NCBI RefSeq assembly: GCF_004010195.1
Contig: NC_057751.1
Span: forward strand, 19,107,387-19,147,569
Length of the DNA: 40,183 bases
Source of the DNA: Chiloscyllium plagiosum
Taxonomy: Eukaryota
Direction of reading: 5' to 3'
Under the pieces are notes generated by a model that had not been told where the DNA came from, made no database searches, and saw nothing but the letters and a program-made list of their open reading frames with translations. The first letter of the stretch is position 1. The number at the start of each line of letters is the position of its first letter. This document shows positions 1-11,825 of the stretch, one piece after another. Position numbers and translations under genes: made by a program.

Positions 1-5
1 GCCAT

Positions 6-200
6 TTAGCAGATCTGGCAGCATTTGTGGCGAGAAATTAGAATTAATGTTTCAGGTCCAGTGATCCTTCCTTAGTCACTGGACCCGAAACGTTAATTCT
101 GATTTCTCTGCAGAAGCTGCCAGACCTGCTGAGCTTTTCCAGCAATCTTTTGTTTTTGTGTGTTTTTTTTGTTGTTTTCTGATCCTCCACATTGTTGTAG
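6..200. mobile_element. Short palindromic PLE-derived insert with partial hammerhead
   Basis: 6-64 is the inverted complement of ~76-131; the right arm contains GTCACTGGACCC-GAAA-CG-TT. Same family as 29410-29512. Confidence 0.6.
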
Positions 201-943
201 TATTGGAGGTTTTGACTCTTTTTTTTTTTTTCTCTCGCTTCTCTGCTGCCACACTTGTGCATGCTGAGCTGACATTCCAAGGCCAGTGGTGTTCATGTGT
301 TGGTCAATGGCTATCCCTTGCCTGTGGGTCATGATGGTGTCAAACTGTGGTCTCAGTTGTGAAAACTTCTCCAGACTGAGCAATGTTATGACATTTTGAA
401 GGGTTGATTATACAAATTCTTGTCCTTGGATCTGTTGTATTTAAATAGTATTTGATGTGCTTCTGTAAAATAGACCTGACTACTGGAGTTTTGGAAATTT
501 CCCAAAATAAGGCTTTGGTAATGAAAGTTAAATTTATACTTAACAGAAATTTGAAAATTCATTTTGTGCTCCCTAATAAGGAGTTTGTATTGTTCCTTTT
601 TAAACAGTCTCCCAATTAGACTCCATTTTCCTTTTGTACTTAATGTAGCCTTAGAATATTAACTTCTAATTTGTGAAAAAGCAGACTTTCTGGTTTGAAC
701 TCATTTGAAGGTGTGCAGAAATATATCAAAAGCTTAAACAACCACTATTTGTTGTAATCCCTATTTGTTTTTTAAAGTTCCACAGAATTCTTCAAAAAGT
801 ATGCCAGATATTTGCTCTCACTCTCTTTCTTGCGTGCTCTCTCATCCTTTTGTGAATTGCTTTGTGGCGACCCCCCCACCCCCACCAATCTCTAACTTTC
901 TACAATCCCCTATATCCTTCTGTATCTCTGTAACTAGGACTCT

Positions 944-1409
944 AGAGTTTGAGCTATAAGGAGAGGCTGAATAGGCTGGGGCTTTTCTTTTTCTCTGGAG
1001 TGTAGGAGACTGAGGGGTGACCTTTTCTATACAGGTTTCTAAAATCAAGGGCATGGATAAGGTGAATAGGCAAGATTTTTTTTTTCCTCCCAGGTTAGGG
1101 GAGTCCAAAACTAGAGGGCATAGGTTTAAGATGAGAGGGGAAAGATTTTTAAAAAGGACCTGAGGTGTAAAAGACAAAGACCAAATACTAACCTGAGGAT
1201 GGGACATACATGGAATGAGCTGCCAGAGGAAGTGGTGGAGGCTGGTACTACACTTTTTTAAAAAGGGCAATGGGATGGGTATGTGAATAAAAAGTGTTTC
1301 GAGGGCTATGGGCCAAATGCTGGCAAATTGGGACTTGGCCATATTGGGATATCTAGTTGACGTGGACAAAATGGACCAAAGAGTTTGTTTCTGTGCTGTA
1401 TGACTCTAT
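944..1409 (+). mobile_element. CR1-clade LINE 3' fragment
   Basis: LSYKERLNRLG..D..VSKI(M)KGMDKVN ORF2 C-terminus and ..gtgctgtatgactctat tail. Confidence 0.8.
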
Positions 1410-1639
1410 CTCCTACAACACCCTACGCTCCTCTCTATCTCTAACTTCCTTCAGCCCCTACATCTACCCTGATCTGTAACCTCCTCAAGCCCTTATACCC
1501 CTCCTGATCTCCATCCCCTATGTCCCTCGCTTTCTCCATCACCTCCTCCAGCCCTTTAAAACCACCCCAAGATCTGTGTTCTTCAGCACCCACAACTTTA
1601 ATGTCCACCACATAGGCAGCTGAAGGAGTAGCCACCACA

Positions 1640-1845
1640 GAGTCAGATGTACAGCATGGAAACCGACCTCTCTGTTTCCCATCCATGCCAACCACCTATC
1701 CTAAATAGATCTAACCTCATTTGTCAGCATTTGACCCATAATCCTCTAAACCCATCCTATTCATATCCCCATCCAGATGCCTTTTAAATGTTGTAATTGT
1801 ACCAGCCTCCACCACTTCTGGCAGTTCATTCCATACGTGCACCAG
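1640..1845 (-). mobile_element. CR1 LINE 3' tail
   Basis: Reverse complement of the same 3' UTR (gatgtacagcatggaaac..). Confidence 0.75.
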
Positions 1846-2109
1846 GGTCTTGGGCTTTGGAATTCCTTATCCAAATTTCCATCTCTCTATTCCTTTTTAC
1901 TTTACTTTTCCTGTCCCTTCTACTTCCTTCACTTGTCCCTAATATTGACTTTGGTGGCTTGGGTTAAATTTTGTATCATAATGTCCTTGCCCTGATCTTT
2001 ATTGTTACACAGATTTGCTAGAAAATGTCAGTACGTGCAGATGTTTGGCCCGGACTAGATTGAATTTGATTGTGATTGTCTTTTTAGGTGATATATCTTC
2101 AGTAGATTC

Positions 2110-4696
2110 GATGATCTGGAGGTGCCAGTGTTGGACTGGGGTGTACAAAGTTAAAAACCACACAATGCCAGATTATAGTCCAACAGGTTTATTTGGAAGC
2201 ACTAGCGTTCAGAGCGCTGCTCCTTCAGGTGGTTGTGAAGTATCAGATCGGTGGTGCCAGAATTTATAGTTTACAGTGTGATGTAACTGAAATTATATAT
2301 TGAAAAAGACCTGGATTGTTTTAAGTCTTTCCTCTTTTAGAATGACCATGTTGGTTTCAGTTCTTTCTTATGTAAATCCCAGAACCTTTTTAAAAGTTAC
2401 ATTCTCAAGATGAGATTAGATTAGATTACTTACAGTGTGGAAACAGGCCCTTCGGCCCAACAAGTCCACACCGCCCCGCCAAAGCACAACCCACCCATAC
2501 CCCTACATTTACCCCTTACCTAACACTACGGGCAATTTAGCATGGCCAATTCACCTGACCTGCACATCTCTGGACTGTGGGAGGAAACCGGAGCACCCGG
2601 AGGAAACCCACGCAGACACGGGGAGAACGTGCGAAGTCCACACAGTCAGTCACCTGAGGCGGGAATTGAACCTGGGTCTCTGACGCTGTGAGGCAGCAGT
2701 GCCACCCACTGTGCCACCGTGCTGCCCACAAATTGTACCAGCCTCCACCACTTCTGGCAGTTCATTCCATACGTGCACCAGGGCCTTGGGCTTTAACAAT
2801 AGGTGCCATGTTGTCTCAGATAATGCATTGAAGGTGTGAGGTGCCCTGTGTGAGGCTGTCTGTGCCCCATGTTCAGACTGATTCTATTTCTAAAAAAGGG
2901 ATTTACAGAATCTTACATGGGTTCATGCAGATTTTGAGCAAAATAAAATGTAATTTTGCAAGTACAAGTTCACCCCACAAACTTATGTGAGAGTGTGGGT
3001 GAGTGTAAAGGGTATAAGTGTGAGCATATGCAAGAGAGCTTGTGTATGAGTCCGTAGGATATGTGTGGTGTAGTGAGGTCACCTGTAGTGTGACATGAAC
3101 CCAAGGTGTTGGTTGAGGCCGTCCCCTATCAGCCACTTTGCATTGTTGCCTGTCCCGAAGTCCACTTTGGATAGTCACCTGAAAGTCCGAGGTTGAATGT
3201 CCTGGATCGCTGAAGTGTTCTTGGAGTAGGAGGGAACACTCCTGTCTGTTGATTGTTGTGCGGTGCCCATTTCATCCCTTGCCGTAGCCTCTGCTCGGTT
3301 TCACCAATGTCTCATTCTTGGACACATGCATATCTATCAAGGATGGGCACCTCAGCACATCACTCTACCGCAAACCCACGGATAACCTCACGATGCTACA
3401 CTTCTCCAGCTTCCACCCGAAACACGTTAAAACAGCCATCCCCGACACGTACACAGGATCTATTCAGATGAGGAGGAACATGACCGGCATTTGGAAGTAC
3501 TCAAGGGTGCTCTCATAAGAACGGCCCACGATGCTCAACTCATCGACCACCAGTTCTGTCGTGCCACAGTGAGAAACTGTAATGACCTCCTCAGGAGACC
3601 GACACGAGCTGCAACTGACAGGGTACCCTTCCCAGGAGCTGAAAAACTATACCATATTCTTCGCAGCCTGCAACACATCATCAATGAGGATGAGCACCTC
3701 ACCAAGACCTTCCCCACATCTCTGTTTCGTGCCTTTAAACAACCAGCAAACCTCAAACAGATCATTGTTTGCAGCAAACTGCCGGGCTTTCAGGACAACA
3801 CCATACAACCCTGTCACAGCAGACACTGCAAGAAATGTCAGAGCGTTGACATGGATACCACCATTACACGTGAGACACCACCCACCATGGACACAGCATA
3901 TACTCATGTGACTCTGCCAATGTTGTCTATCTCATAAGCTGCAGGCAAGGATGCCCTGAAGCATGGTATGTTGGTGAGACCAAATTGAGGCTATGGCAAC
4001 AGATGAATGGACAGCGCACAACAATCAACAAACAGGAGTGTTCCCTCCCAGTCGGAACACTTCAGCGGTCCGGGACATTTGACCTCAGACCTTCAGGTGA
4101 CCATACTCCAAGGTGGACTTCGGGATAGGCAATGATGCAAAGTGGCCAAGCAGAGGCTGATAACCAAGTTTGGTACTCACAGGGATGGCCTCAACTGGGA
4201 TCTTGGGTTCATGTGACAACAGGTGACCCCACTGCAACACACACACACCTAGCAGAATCACATTTTATTTTGCTCAAAAACTGCTTGAATCCATGTAAGA
4301 TTCTATTTCTATTTTTTAGAAATAGAATCAGTCTGAACACTGGGATACAGACAGCCTCACACAGGGCACCTTACACCTTCAATGCATTATTTGAGCTGAC
4401 ATGGCACCTATTATTGAAATTCACTTGAGAGTGTAACTTTAAAAAACAAGTTCTGGGATTTATGTATGAAAGAGCTGAAACCAACATGGTCACTCTAAAA
4501 GATGAGAGATTTAACAAACACTCCAGGTCTTTTTCCATATATAATTTAAGTTGCATCACACTGTAAACTTCTGCGATAAATTCTGTGTCTTACATTCTCA
4601 TACTCCACAACCACCTGATGAAGGAACAGCGCTCCTAAAGCTAGTGCTTCCAAATAAACCTGTTGGACTATAACCTGGTGTTGTGTGATTTTTAGT
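2110..4696. mobile_element. Degenerate Penelope-like retroelement, inverted two-arm insertion with 12-bp TSD
   Basis: + arm encodes RT C-terminal FLDTCISIKDGHLSTSLYRKPTD..LHFSSFHPKH and GIY-YIG-type VVYLISC..CPEAWYVGETK..RL..QMNG, with frameshifts. 2110-~3310 is an inverted copy of the 3' part. TTCAGTAGATTC flanks it at 2098-2109 and 4697-4708. Confidence 0.85.
2414..2728 (-). mobile_element. tRNA-derived V-SINE (HE1-like)
   Basis: tRNA-like head (TGGCACAGTGG..GGTTCAATTCC), V-domain TTCTCCCCGTGTCTGCGTGGGTTTCCTCCGGGTGCTCCGGTTTCCTCCCACAGTCC, CR1-like tail with (TAATC)n; inserted in the PLE. Confidence 0.85.
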
Positions 4697-4796
4697 TTCA
4701 GTAGATTCATACATGAAGAATGGACACTTAAGGTAAAGTGCTGCCATTCTTGGTGGAAGTTTGCTCCTCCTCCTTCCTGTAGGGCACTTTGTGAAA

Positions 4797-4980
4797 CGAG
4801 TTTTGAGAAGATTTGTAGCTCAGGTTGAGGTTTTGGATGTAGGTTTGCTCGCTGAGCAGGAAGGTTCATTTCTAGACGTTTCGTTATCCTACTAGGTAAC
4901 ATCTTCAGTGGGCCTCAGGTGAAGCAATGCTGAAAATTCCTGCTTTTTATTTGTATGCTTGGGTTTCTTTGTGAAACCCA
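4797..4980 (-). mobile_element. Short PLE 3'-end insert with hammerhead motif (4872-4912)
   Basis: Minus strand reads CTGAAGA-T-GTTACCTAGTAGGATAAC-GAAA-CG-TC. Same family as 20391-20613; imperfect TSD gcactt(t)(g)gtgaa. Confidence 0.7.
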
Positions 4981-5199
4981 GCACTTTTGGTGAAGTGCTT
5001 GGTTGCCTGAACTGACTATGTGACTTGGTGTCCAATTTTGTTTGATCATGCCTGGTGAGTCATTTTTACCATTTTAACAATGTTGCATAAATCCAAGTTA
5101 TTGTTGTTAGGGCAAAAAGTGCAATGTAACGTGTAACAATAGGGCAGGACAGCAGCAGGTTGATGCTAATTTTGAGGACCATAAGACATCAGATACTGA

Positions 5200-6450
5200 G
5201 GGTCATAGAATGTAAGAAAAAGAAGCGGAAGTAGGCCAAATGGCACTTAAATCTGCTTTACTATTCGGTAAGATCCCAACTAACTACCTGTCTCTACTCC
5301 TTTCGTGTCAGCTTCCCGTATCGTTCAATTGCCTGAGAAAAACAAAATTTGTCTACCCCAGCTGGAGTATTGAATTTTACAGAATCCCTACAGTGTGGAA
5401 ACAGGCCCTTCAGCTCCAGAAGTCCACACCAACCCTCCGAAGAGTATCCCACACGAACCCATTCCTCTACATTTACCCCTGACTAATGCACCCAAGCTAC
5501 ACTATGGGCAATGTAACAAGGCCAATTCACCTAACCTGCACATCTTTGGAATGTGGGAGGAAACCCATGGAGACACGGGGAGAACGGGCAAACTCCACAC
5601 AGACAGATAGTCACCTGAAGCTAGAATCAAACCCGGGTGTCTGGCACTGTGAGGCAGCAGTGCTAACCACTCTGCTGCCCCACAACATACCCAACAATTG
5701 AGCATCTGCAATACTCTGCAGCATTGATTCACAGCCTTTTGAAAGAAGAAACGTCTTCTCGTCCCAGATTAAACGATTAATATCATATTGAGAGAGTGTG
5801 GCCCATTTCCCCAACTAACAGAAACAACCACTTTGTGTCAACTCTGTCAACTCTCTTCAGAATCTCCATGTTTCAGAGCTATTGCCTTTCATTCTTCTAA
5901 ACTCTAGACAGTATAGATCCAATTTACTCAGCCTCTTATCGGAAAATTCTGTCATCTCATTGTGCTTGGCAATGGAGATAAGACTGAGGTGTTGCACTAA
6001 GCAAACTGTCCCTGTGTAGAGCCTGTGTGGACAAGACTGATTGGCCTCCTTCTGTGCTGTGACTATTCTAAGATATTCCAGATGTGGTCTCCCCAAAGCC
6101 CAAAACTATTGTAGCAAGGTGACTTTATTCTTGTATTTGCCTGCTAATTTTTTTGTATTCCTTTGTACATGCACACATATCTCTGAACACTAACATTTAA
6201 AATCACTTTTTTTTTTGAAAATCTTCTATTCTGAAGACTAAAGTAAACAAAATTACACTTACACCTACATTAACCTCTATCTAACCACCCCACCCATTGC
6301 CCAATTACTTATCCTGTCCATAATGATTGTGTCTTCACAGCTTGCCTCCTGACCTAGCTTTATGCCATAACAGAACTTAGTTGTATTACTGTCTGTCTCA
6401 TTGTCTAAGCTATTAATGTAAATTGTAAATAGCTGAGGCTGCATCACTGA
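5200..6450 (-). mobile_element. Old CR1-clade LINE fragment (interrupted by V-SINE)
   Basis: GRPHLEY, RLSKLDLYCLEFRRMKG and LFTIYINSLD..TKF...KLG remnants. Confidence 0.65.
5381..5680 (-). mobile_element. V-SINE (HE1-like)
   Basis: Same head, V-domain and tail as 2414-2728. Confidence 0.8.
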
Positions 6451-6462
6451 CACTACACTTAG

Positions 6463-7310
6463 AGTCACACAGTCATAGAGATGTACAGCAATGGAAACAG
6501 ACCCTTCGGTCCAACTCATCCATACTGACCAGATATGCCAACGTAATCTACTCCAATTTGCCAGCAACAGCCCATATCTCTCCAAACCCTTCCTATTCAT
6601 ATATCCATCCAGATGCCTCTTAAATGTTGCAATTGTACTAGCCTCCACCATTTCCTCTGGCAGCTTATTCCATACACATACCACCCTCTGCGTGAAAATG
6701 TTGCCCCTTAGTTCTCTTCTATATCTTTCCCTCCTCACCTTAAACATATGCCATCTAGTGCTTCATCCACCCCAGGGAAAAGACTTTATCTATTTGTCCT
6801 ATCCATGCCCCTCATGATTTTATAAACCTCTGCAAGGTCACCCCTCAGCCTCTGACGCTCCAGGGAAAACAGCCCCAGCCTATTCAACCTCTCCCTATAG
6901 CTCAAATCCTCCAACCCTGGCAACATCCTTGTAAATTTTTTCTGAACCCTTTCAAGTTTCACAACATCCTTCCAATAGGGAGGAGAACAGAATTGCACGC
7001 TATATTCCAAAAGTGGCCTAACCAATGCCTGTACAGCCGCAACATGACCTCCCAACTCCTGTAATCAATACTCTGACCAATAAAGGAAAGCATACCAAAT
7101 GCCTTCTTCACTATCCTATCTACCTGCGACTCTACTTTCAAGGAGCTATGAACCTGCACTCCAAGGTCACTTTGTTCAGCAATATGCCTTAATGGTAAGG
7201 TCTTAAGTGTACAGGTCCTGCTAAGATTTGCTTTCCCAAAATGCAGAATTAAACTCCATCTGCCACTCCTCAGCCCACTGGCCCATTTGATCAAGATCCT
7301 GTTGTAATCT
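6463..7310 (-). mobile_element. CR1 LINE (HER1-like) 3' fragment
   Basis: DLGVQVHSSLK, LVRPLLEYSVQF, LERVQKKFTRMLPGL..LSYRERLNRLGLFSLE. Confidence 0.88.
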
Positions 7311-7629
7311 GGACAAACAGGAAGACAGCCAACGATCCGCATCCATGAACATCAACTAACCACGAAACGCCACGACCAGCTATCCTTAGTAGCCACACAC
7401 GCAGACGACAAGCAACATGAATTCGACTGGGACAACACTACCATTATAGGGCAAGCCAAACAAAGAACAGCCAGGGAATTCCTAGAAGCATAGCACTCAT
7501 CCACAAACTCCATCAACAAACAATCGACCTGGACCCAATATACCGGCCACGACAGCGGACAGCTGAAACTGACAACCAGAAGCGGCAGGGACAGGCCACT
7601 ATAAATGCCGAAGGAAACACCACAGAAGC
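7311..7629 (+). mobile_element. Penelope-like element, GIY-YIG endonuclease C-terminal fragment (runs into gap)
   Basis: GQTGRQPTIRIHEHQ...SLVATHADDKQHEFDWDNTTIIGQAKQRTAREFLEA*, typical of the PLE GIY-YIG 3' half. Confidence 0.8.
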
Positions 7630-8350
7630 NNNNNNNNNNNNNNNNNNNNNNNNNNNNNNNNNNNNNNNNNNNNNNNNNNNNNNNNNNNNNNNNNNNNNNN
7701 NNNNNNNNNNNNNNNNNNNNNNNNNNNNNNNNNNNNNNNNNNNNNNNNNNNNNNNNNNNNNNNNNNNNNNNNNNNNNNNNNNNNNNNNNNNNNNNNNNNN
7801 NNNNNNNNNNNNNNNNNNNNNNNNNNNNNNNNNNNNNNNNNNNNNNNNNNNNNNNNNNNNNNNNNNNNNNNNNNNNNNNNNNNNNNNNNNNNNNNNNNNN
7901 NNNNNNNNNNNNNNNNNNNNNNNNNNNNNNNNNNNNNNNNNNNNNNNNNNNNNNNNNNNNNNNNNNNNNNNNNNNNNNNNNNNNNNNNNNNNNNNNNNNN
8001 NNNNNNNNNNNNNNNNNNNNNNNNNNNNNNNNNNNNNNNNNNNNNNNNNNNNNNNNNNNNNNNNNNNNNNNNNNNNNNNNNNNNNNNNNNNNNNNNNNNN
8101 NNNNNNNNNNNNNNNNNNNNNNNNNNNNNNNNNNNNNNNNNNNNNNNNNNNNNNNNNNNNNNNNNNNNNNNNNNNNNNNNNNNNNNNNNNNNNNNNNNNN
8201 NNNNNNNNNNNNNNNNNNNNNNNNNNNNNNNNNNNNNNNNNNNNNNNNNNNNNNNNNNNNNNNNNNNNNNNNNNNNNNNNNNNNNNNNNNNNNNNNNNNN
8301 NNNNNNNNNNNNNNNNNNNNNNNNNNNNNNNNNNNNNNNNNNNNNNNNNN
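7630..8350. other. Assembly gap
   Basis: N run. Confidence 0.99.
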
Positions 8351-8833
8351 GCCGTTTATCACTACTTTTGTTTCCTATCAGCCAACCAACTTTCAATGCA
8401 AGTTAGTACTTTGCCCCCAATACCATGCGCCCTAATTTTGCTCACTAACCTCCTATGTGGGACTTTATCAAAAGCTTTCTGAATGTCCAGGTACACTACA
8501 TCTACTGGATCTCCCTCGTCCATCTTCAGAGTTACATCCTCAAAAAATTCCAGAAGATTAGTCAAGCATGATTTCCCCTTCATAAATCCATGCTGACTCT
8601 GACCTATCCTGTTACTACTATCCAGATGTGTAGTAATTTCATCCTTTATAATAGACTCCGGTATCTTTCCCACCACTGAGGTCAGACTAACTGGTCTATA
8701 ATTTCCTGTTTTCTCTCTCCCACCTTTCTTAAAAAGTGGTATAACATTAGCCACCCTCCAATCCGCAGGAACTGATCCCGAATCTATCGAACTCTGGAAA
8801 ATAATCACCAACGCATCCACGATTTCTCAAGCC
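8351..8833 (-). mobile_element. CR1 LINE reverse transcriptase fragment
   Basis: WRVANVIPLFKKG..NYRPVSLTS..QHGF..SCLTNL..YLDIQKAFDKVPH. Confidence 0.9.
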
Positions 8834-9079
8834 AAAATAGTTTGCATCTCCTTTACACCACACATTCCTGCTCTGCTTTATATTATCTGCAAGCTTGGAA
8901 ATATTATATTTGGTTGCTTAGTCCATACTTTTCAAATTTGATATTATTTTTCTAATCAACCCATTCGGTGATGTTATTACACACTTCTGGAGCAGGTGGA
9001 ACTTAAACCTGGGCTTCCCCAGCCCAGTTTCAAGACATCCGGCACTTCCTTCTCTGTAATATGGACATTTTTCAAGATG

Positions 9080-9650
9080 TCACCATCTAATTCCCTACAT
9101 TCTAGGTCTTCCATGTCCTTTTCCACACTTGCAGAATTCCACTAATTCTACTGACCGCTGCCAACTTGAAAGTGCCTGTTTGATCCCCATTTTCTGCTTC
9201 CTGTCTGTTAACCAATCCTCTATTCATGCATATATATTAACTCAATCTCCACGAGCCCTTATCTTGCATGTTATTCAAGTATGCTCTAACTGCTGGCTCT
9301 CTGTTATCTACCCTATAACATACAACTTCAAAAGACTAATAAATTTTCAAATATGACTTCTCTTTCACAAAACCCTGTTGATCCAACTGGTCATTTTACA
9401 ATTTTCCAAATGTGTTAAGACTTCTTCAGTAATAGATTCCAACACTTTACTAATGACTAACTTCAGGATAATTGGCCAGTTACTTCCTTTTTCTCTCTCT
9501 CCTTTCTCAAAGAGCAGTTATATTTGCCAACTTCTGATCTGCTGGAAACATTTCTAGAAACTAGTTTGTTTTGGAAAATCTTAACTAAACATCCATTTTC
9601 TCTATAGTCACCTCATTCAGATCCTAGGATGTCCACTGATACCACTGAAT
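9080..9650 (-). mobile_element. Old CR1 RT remnant
   Basis: Degenerate similarity to the 8351-8833 RT region (tgacttctctttcacaaaaccctgttga; taattggccagttacttccttttctctctctcc). Confidence 0.5.
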
Positions 9651-10562
9651 TTTTTTAGATTTCAAATGAAGGGCAGGAGAAATTTACTTGTGCATACATT
9701 TGTGAGATGAATTAATTTCCAGTCATAAAAGCAAAAAACTGCAAGTGCTGGAAATCTGAATTTTTAAAAAATTCTGAAGAGACTCCATGTTTGGTGGCAT
9801 CTGGGGAGAGATGTTTTGAATCTGGTATGACTGTTTGAATTGTTTTGAAGAAGTCTTGTTGCATTAATTTCCCAGGTTAGTGACTGAGGCAGAAAGAATG
9901 TCAATACTTCAGATTGGACTTGATAGGTGTATGAAGGGAAAAAAGGTTGAGAGATATAGAAATGTTTTCTCTTTGTGTTTGGTTCATGTGCTGGGTTAAT
10001 GTTGATCCAAACTGGTGGAATCAAATGAAACTTTTGTGCATTTCTGCATGAAATATGGAAAAATATAAAACAATGTTAGGTACAGTGATTGTTTTACTCA
10101 TCGTGGCAATTAGTTCCATGAATGTTTTTCATACTTAGAGTGTGATGTCACCCCCCCAAAGTGCAGCAACTGTTTTCCTCTGAGTACCTGGAATATGATG
10201 TAAACAAGACAATTTGAACACACAACATAATAATCAAGGAAATGGATGTTAATCTTTCATGTAAGAAAAACTGAAGCATTTTAATCTAAAGGTTGTTGTT
10301 TAATGGGTAATCAAAAGATTATTTAATTCATCATGAGCAGAATATGATTTTTAATACAATAGGTAATAAGCTTTTCAGAAGTGGTCTTTCATGGTTTTGG
10401 TTGACCTATTGAGAGGACTTTATCAAATATTAACACTAAAGCAAGATGTCCAGTTTGTACCTTAGTATGCCAGTAGGTAGGGACTGCTATGTGAGAAGTG
10501 AACGTTTCGAGGAGCAAAACATGAACGTTAAATTATGCTGAATTGTATTTTAACCCCCTCCT

Positions 10563-10571
10563 AAAAAAAAA
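10563..10571 (-). terminator. RNA polymerase III terminator (T9) of tRNA-Ser
   Basis: A9 on + (T9 on -) starting 9 nt downstream of the tRNA 3' end. Confidence 0.85.
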
Positions 10572-10579
10572 CACGACAT

Positions 10580-10661
10580 CGTCACGAACAGGATTCGAAC
10601 CTGTGCGGGGAGACCCCATTGGATTTCGAGTCCAACGCCTTAACCACTCGGCCACCGTGAC
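10580..10661 (-). tRNA. tRNA-Ser (anticodon CGA)
   Basis: Reverse complement reads GTCACGGTGGCCGAGTGGTTAAGGCGTTGGACTCGAAATCCAATGGGGTCTCCCCGCACAGGTTCGAATCCTGTTCGTGACG. 82 nt; GTCACGG/TCGTGAC acceptor stem, TTGGA/TCCAA anticodon stem with CT-CGA-AA loop, long variable arm, A and B boxes, G discriminator. Confidence 0.97.
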
Positions 10662-11067
10662 TCATAGTGTCGCAGTTGAAAGGGGTTTAAATAGAAGATT
10701 GGAATAAACTCGCAGTTATTTAAATGGGACACCGTTATTCTACTGTTTTAACACGCTTCATTCTAAAATTGCGTATTGTAAAACGTTCTCACGCGATCAT
10801 CTATTCGGGGAAATCCGGAATACCTGACGCAAAGTTAATTTAGCGTTGCAGATCTCCGCCTGGACTGTTTTAAATCCGCCTCGAGAGGGGTGGCCTGAAT
10901 CAATACATACGTCCATTGCATTAGTATGCAGCCCATTCTAAAATTTACTATGGAACGGACAAGATTTAATCATATAAATAGAAATGATACATACTTTTTG
11001 TGCTCACAGGATCCATATTCTGCTCTTTATTTATTTATCGGGTCTTCCCACCCCTGTCTCCTCCCAG

Positions 11068-11093
11068 TTTGGCGGTTCCAGGGTTGGCGGGAA
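11068..11093 (+). promoter_or_regulatory. E2F-type motifs in putative TIMELESS promoter
   Basis: TTGGCGGGAA at 11084-11093 (consensus E2F site) and TTTGGCGG at 11068-11075; such sites are typical of S-phase/replication genes. Confidence 0.65.
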
Positions 11094-11094
11094 T

Positions 11095-11176
11095 TCTTGG
11101 AGCGCGGGTTATTCAGATTTTAGGAGGAAAATCGAGTTGAAACATTTTAGTCGGAAATTAGCTTGCAACACCTAAG
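11095..11176 (+). other. TIMELESS: Probable non-coding first exon of TIMELESS (start approximate)
   Basis: Strong donor AAG|gtgagc at 11176/11177, just downstream of an E2F motif in a CpG-enriched unique stretch. The first coding exon has an acceptor upstream of its ATG, so an upstream exon is required. Confidence 0.65.
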
Positions 11177-11825
11177 GTGAGCTTGTTTCTTTTATCCTCC
11201 CTTCAAATCGTTCTCCCCCAAATTAAATCTCTTCAACTAAAAACAGAATGATTTTGCCACATGAGGGGGTCATTCTGCTTGATCCTGCCTGTACCGGTAA
11301 ATTCAGGATTGTGATTTGTCACTTTTGGGTTGCAAACTTATTCAAATTAATTCCTTTTTGGATCCGAAATTCTTTTAGCCAGTTTGATCATTTGTTCTTC
11401 AGCTATCTCCCCCCGCCTTTCCTGCCTTCCCATTTTTTTCCTTTTGAACCCATACCTACCTCATTTTACTGGATTTTGTATATTTTAAATGTTTGCGTAA
11501 TTTGAAAACAAATCTGGAATATGATTCTCAATAATATATTGACATCTTTAAATTGTGGAACATTCAGCCTGTCTGTGGAAATCAGCTGACATTTCTTTCG
11601 TATACTTCAGATGATGAAGGACTGAGGGTTTGGGGAGGTGTCATTTGTGTTGAAAAACACTTCTCCATTTTAAGTAAAGCTTCCAAGCATCACTGCGCCA
11701 TATTTATGTTTTTCGACGTTACCTACTCTCTTTCACGTATAGTTGAAGATTTAGACTGGCTTTCTTCACATTTTGGAGTAGACTCAGCAACCATTTACAA
11801 GACCCACAAAAATGTAGGTCTCTAC

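Noticed and set aside
245..385. Unique-looking stretch: possible terminal exon (ASGVHVLVNGYPLPVGHDGVKLWSQL*), C/D snoRNA (ATGATG..CTGA) or SECIS
   Set aside because: No good splice acceptor and no recognised protein; box spacing does not fit a snoRNA or SECIS.
842..1369. 175-aa ORF on - strand
   Set aside because: Antisense to a CR1 3' fragment; no recognisable protein.
3318..4200. Intact or active Penelope ORF
   Set aside because: Multiple frameshifts, deletions and 5' truncation.
7352..8435. Long ORFs of 265-336 aa
   Set aside because: Artefacts of translating through the N gap.
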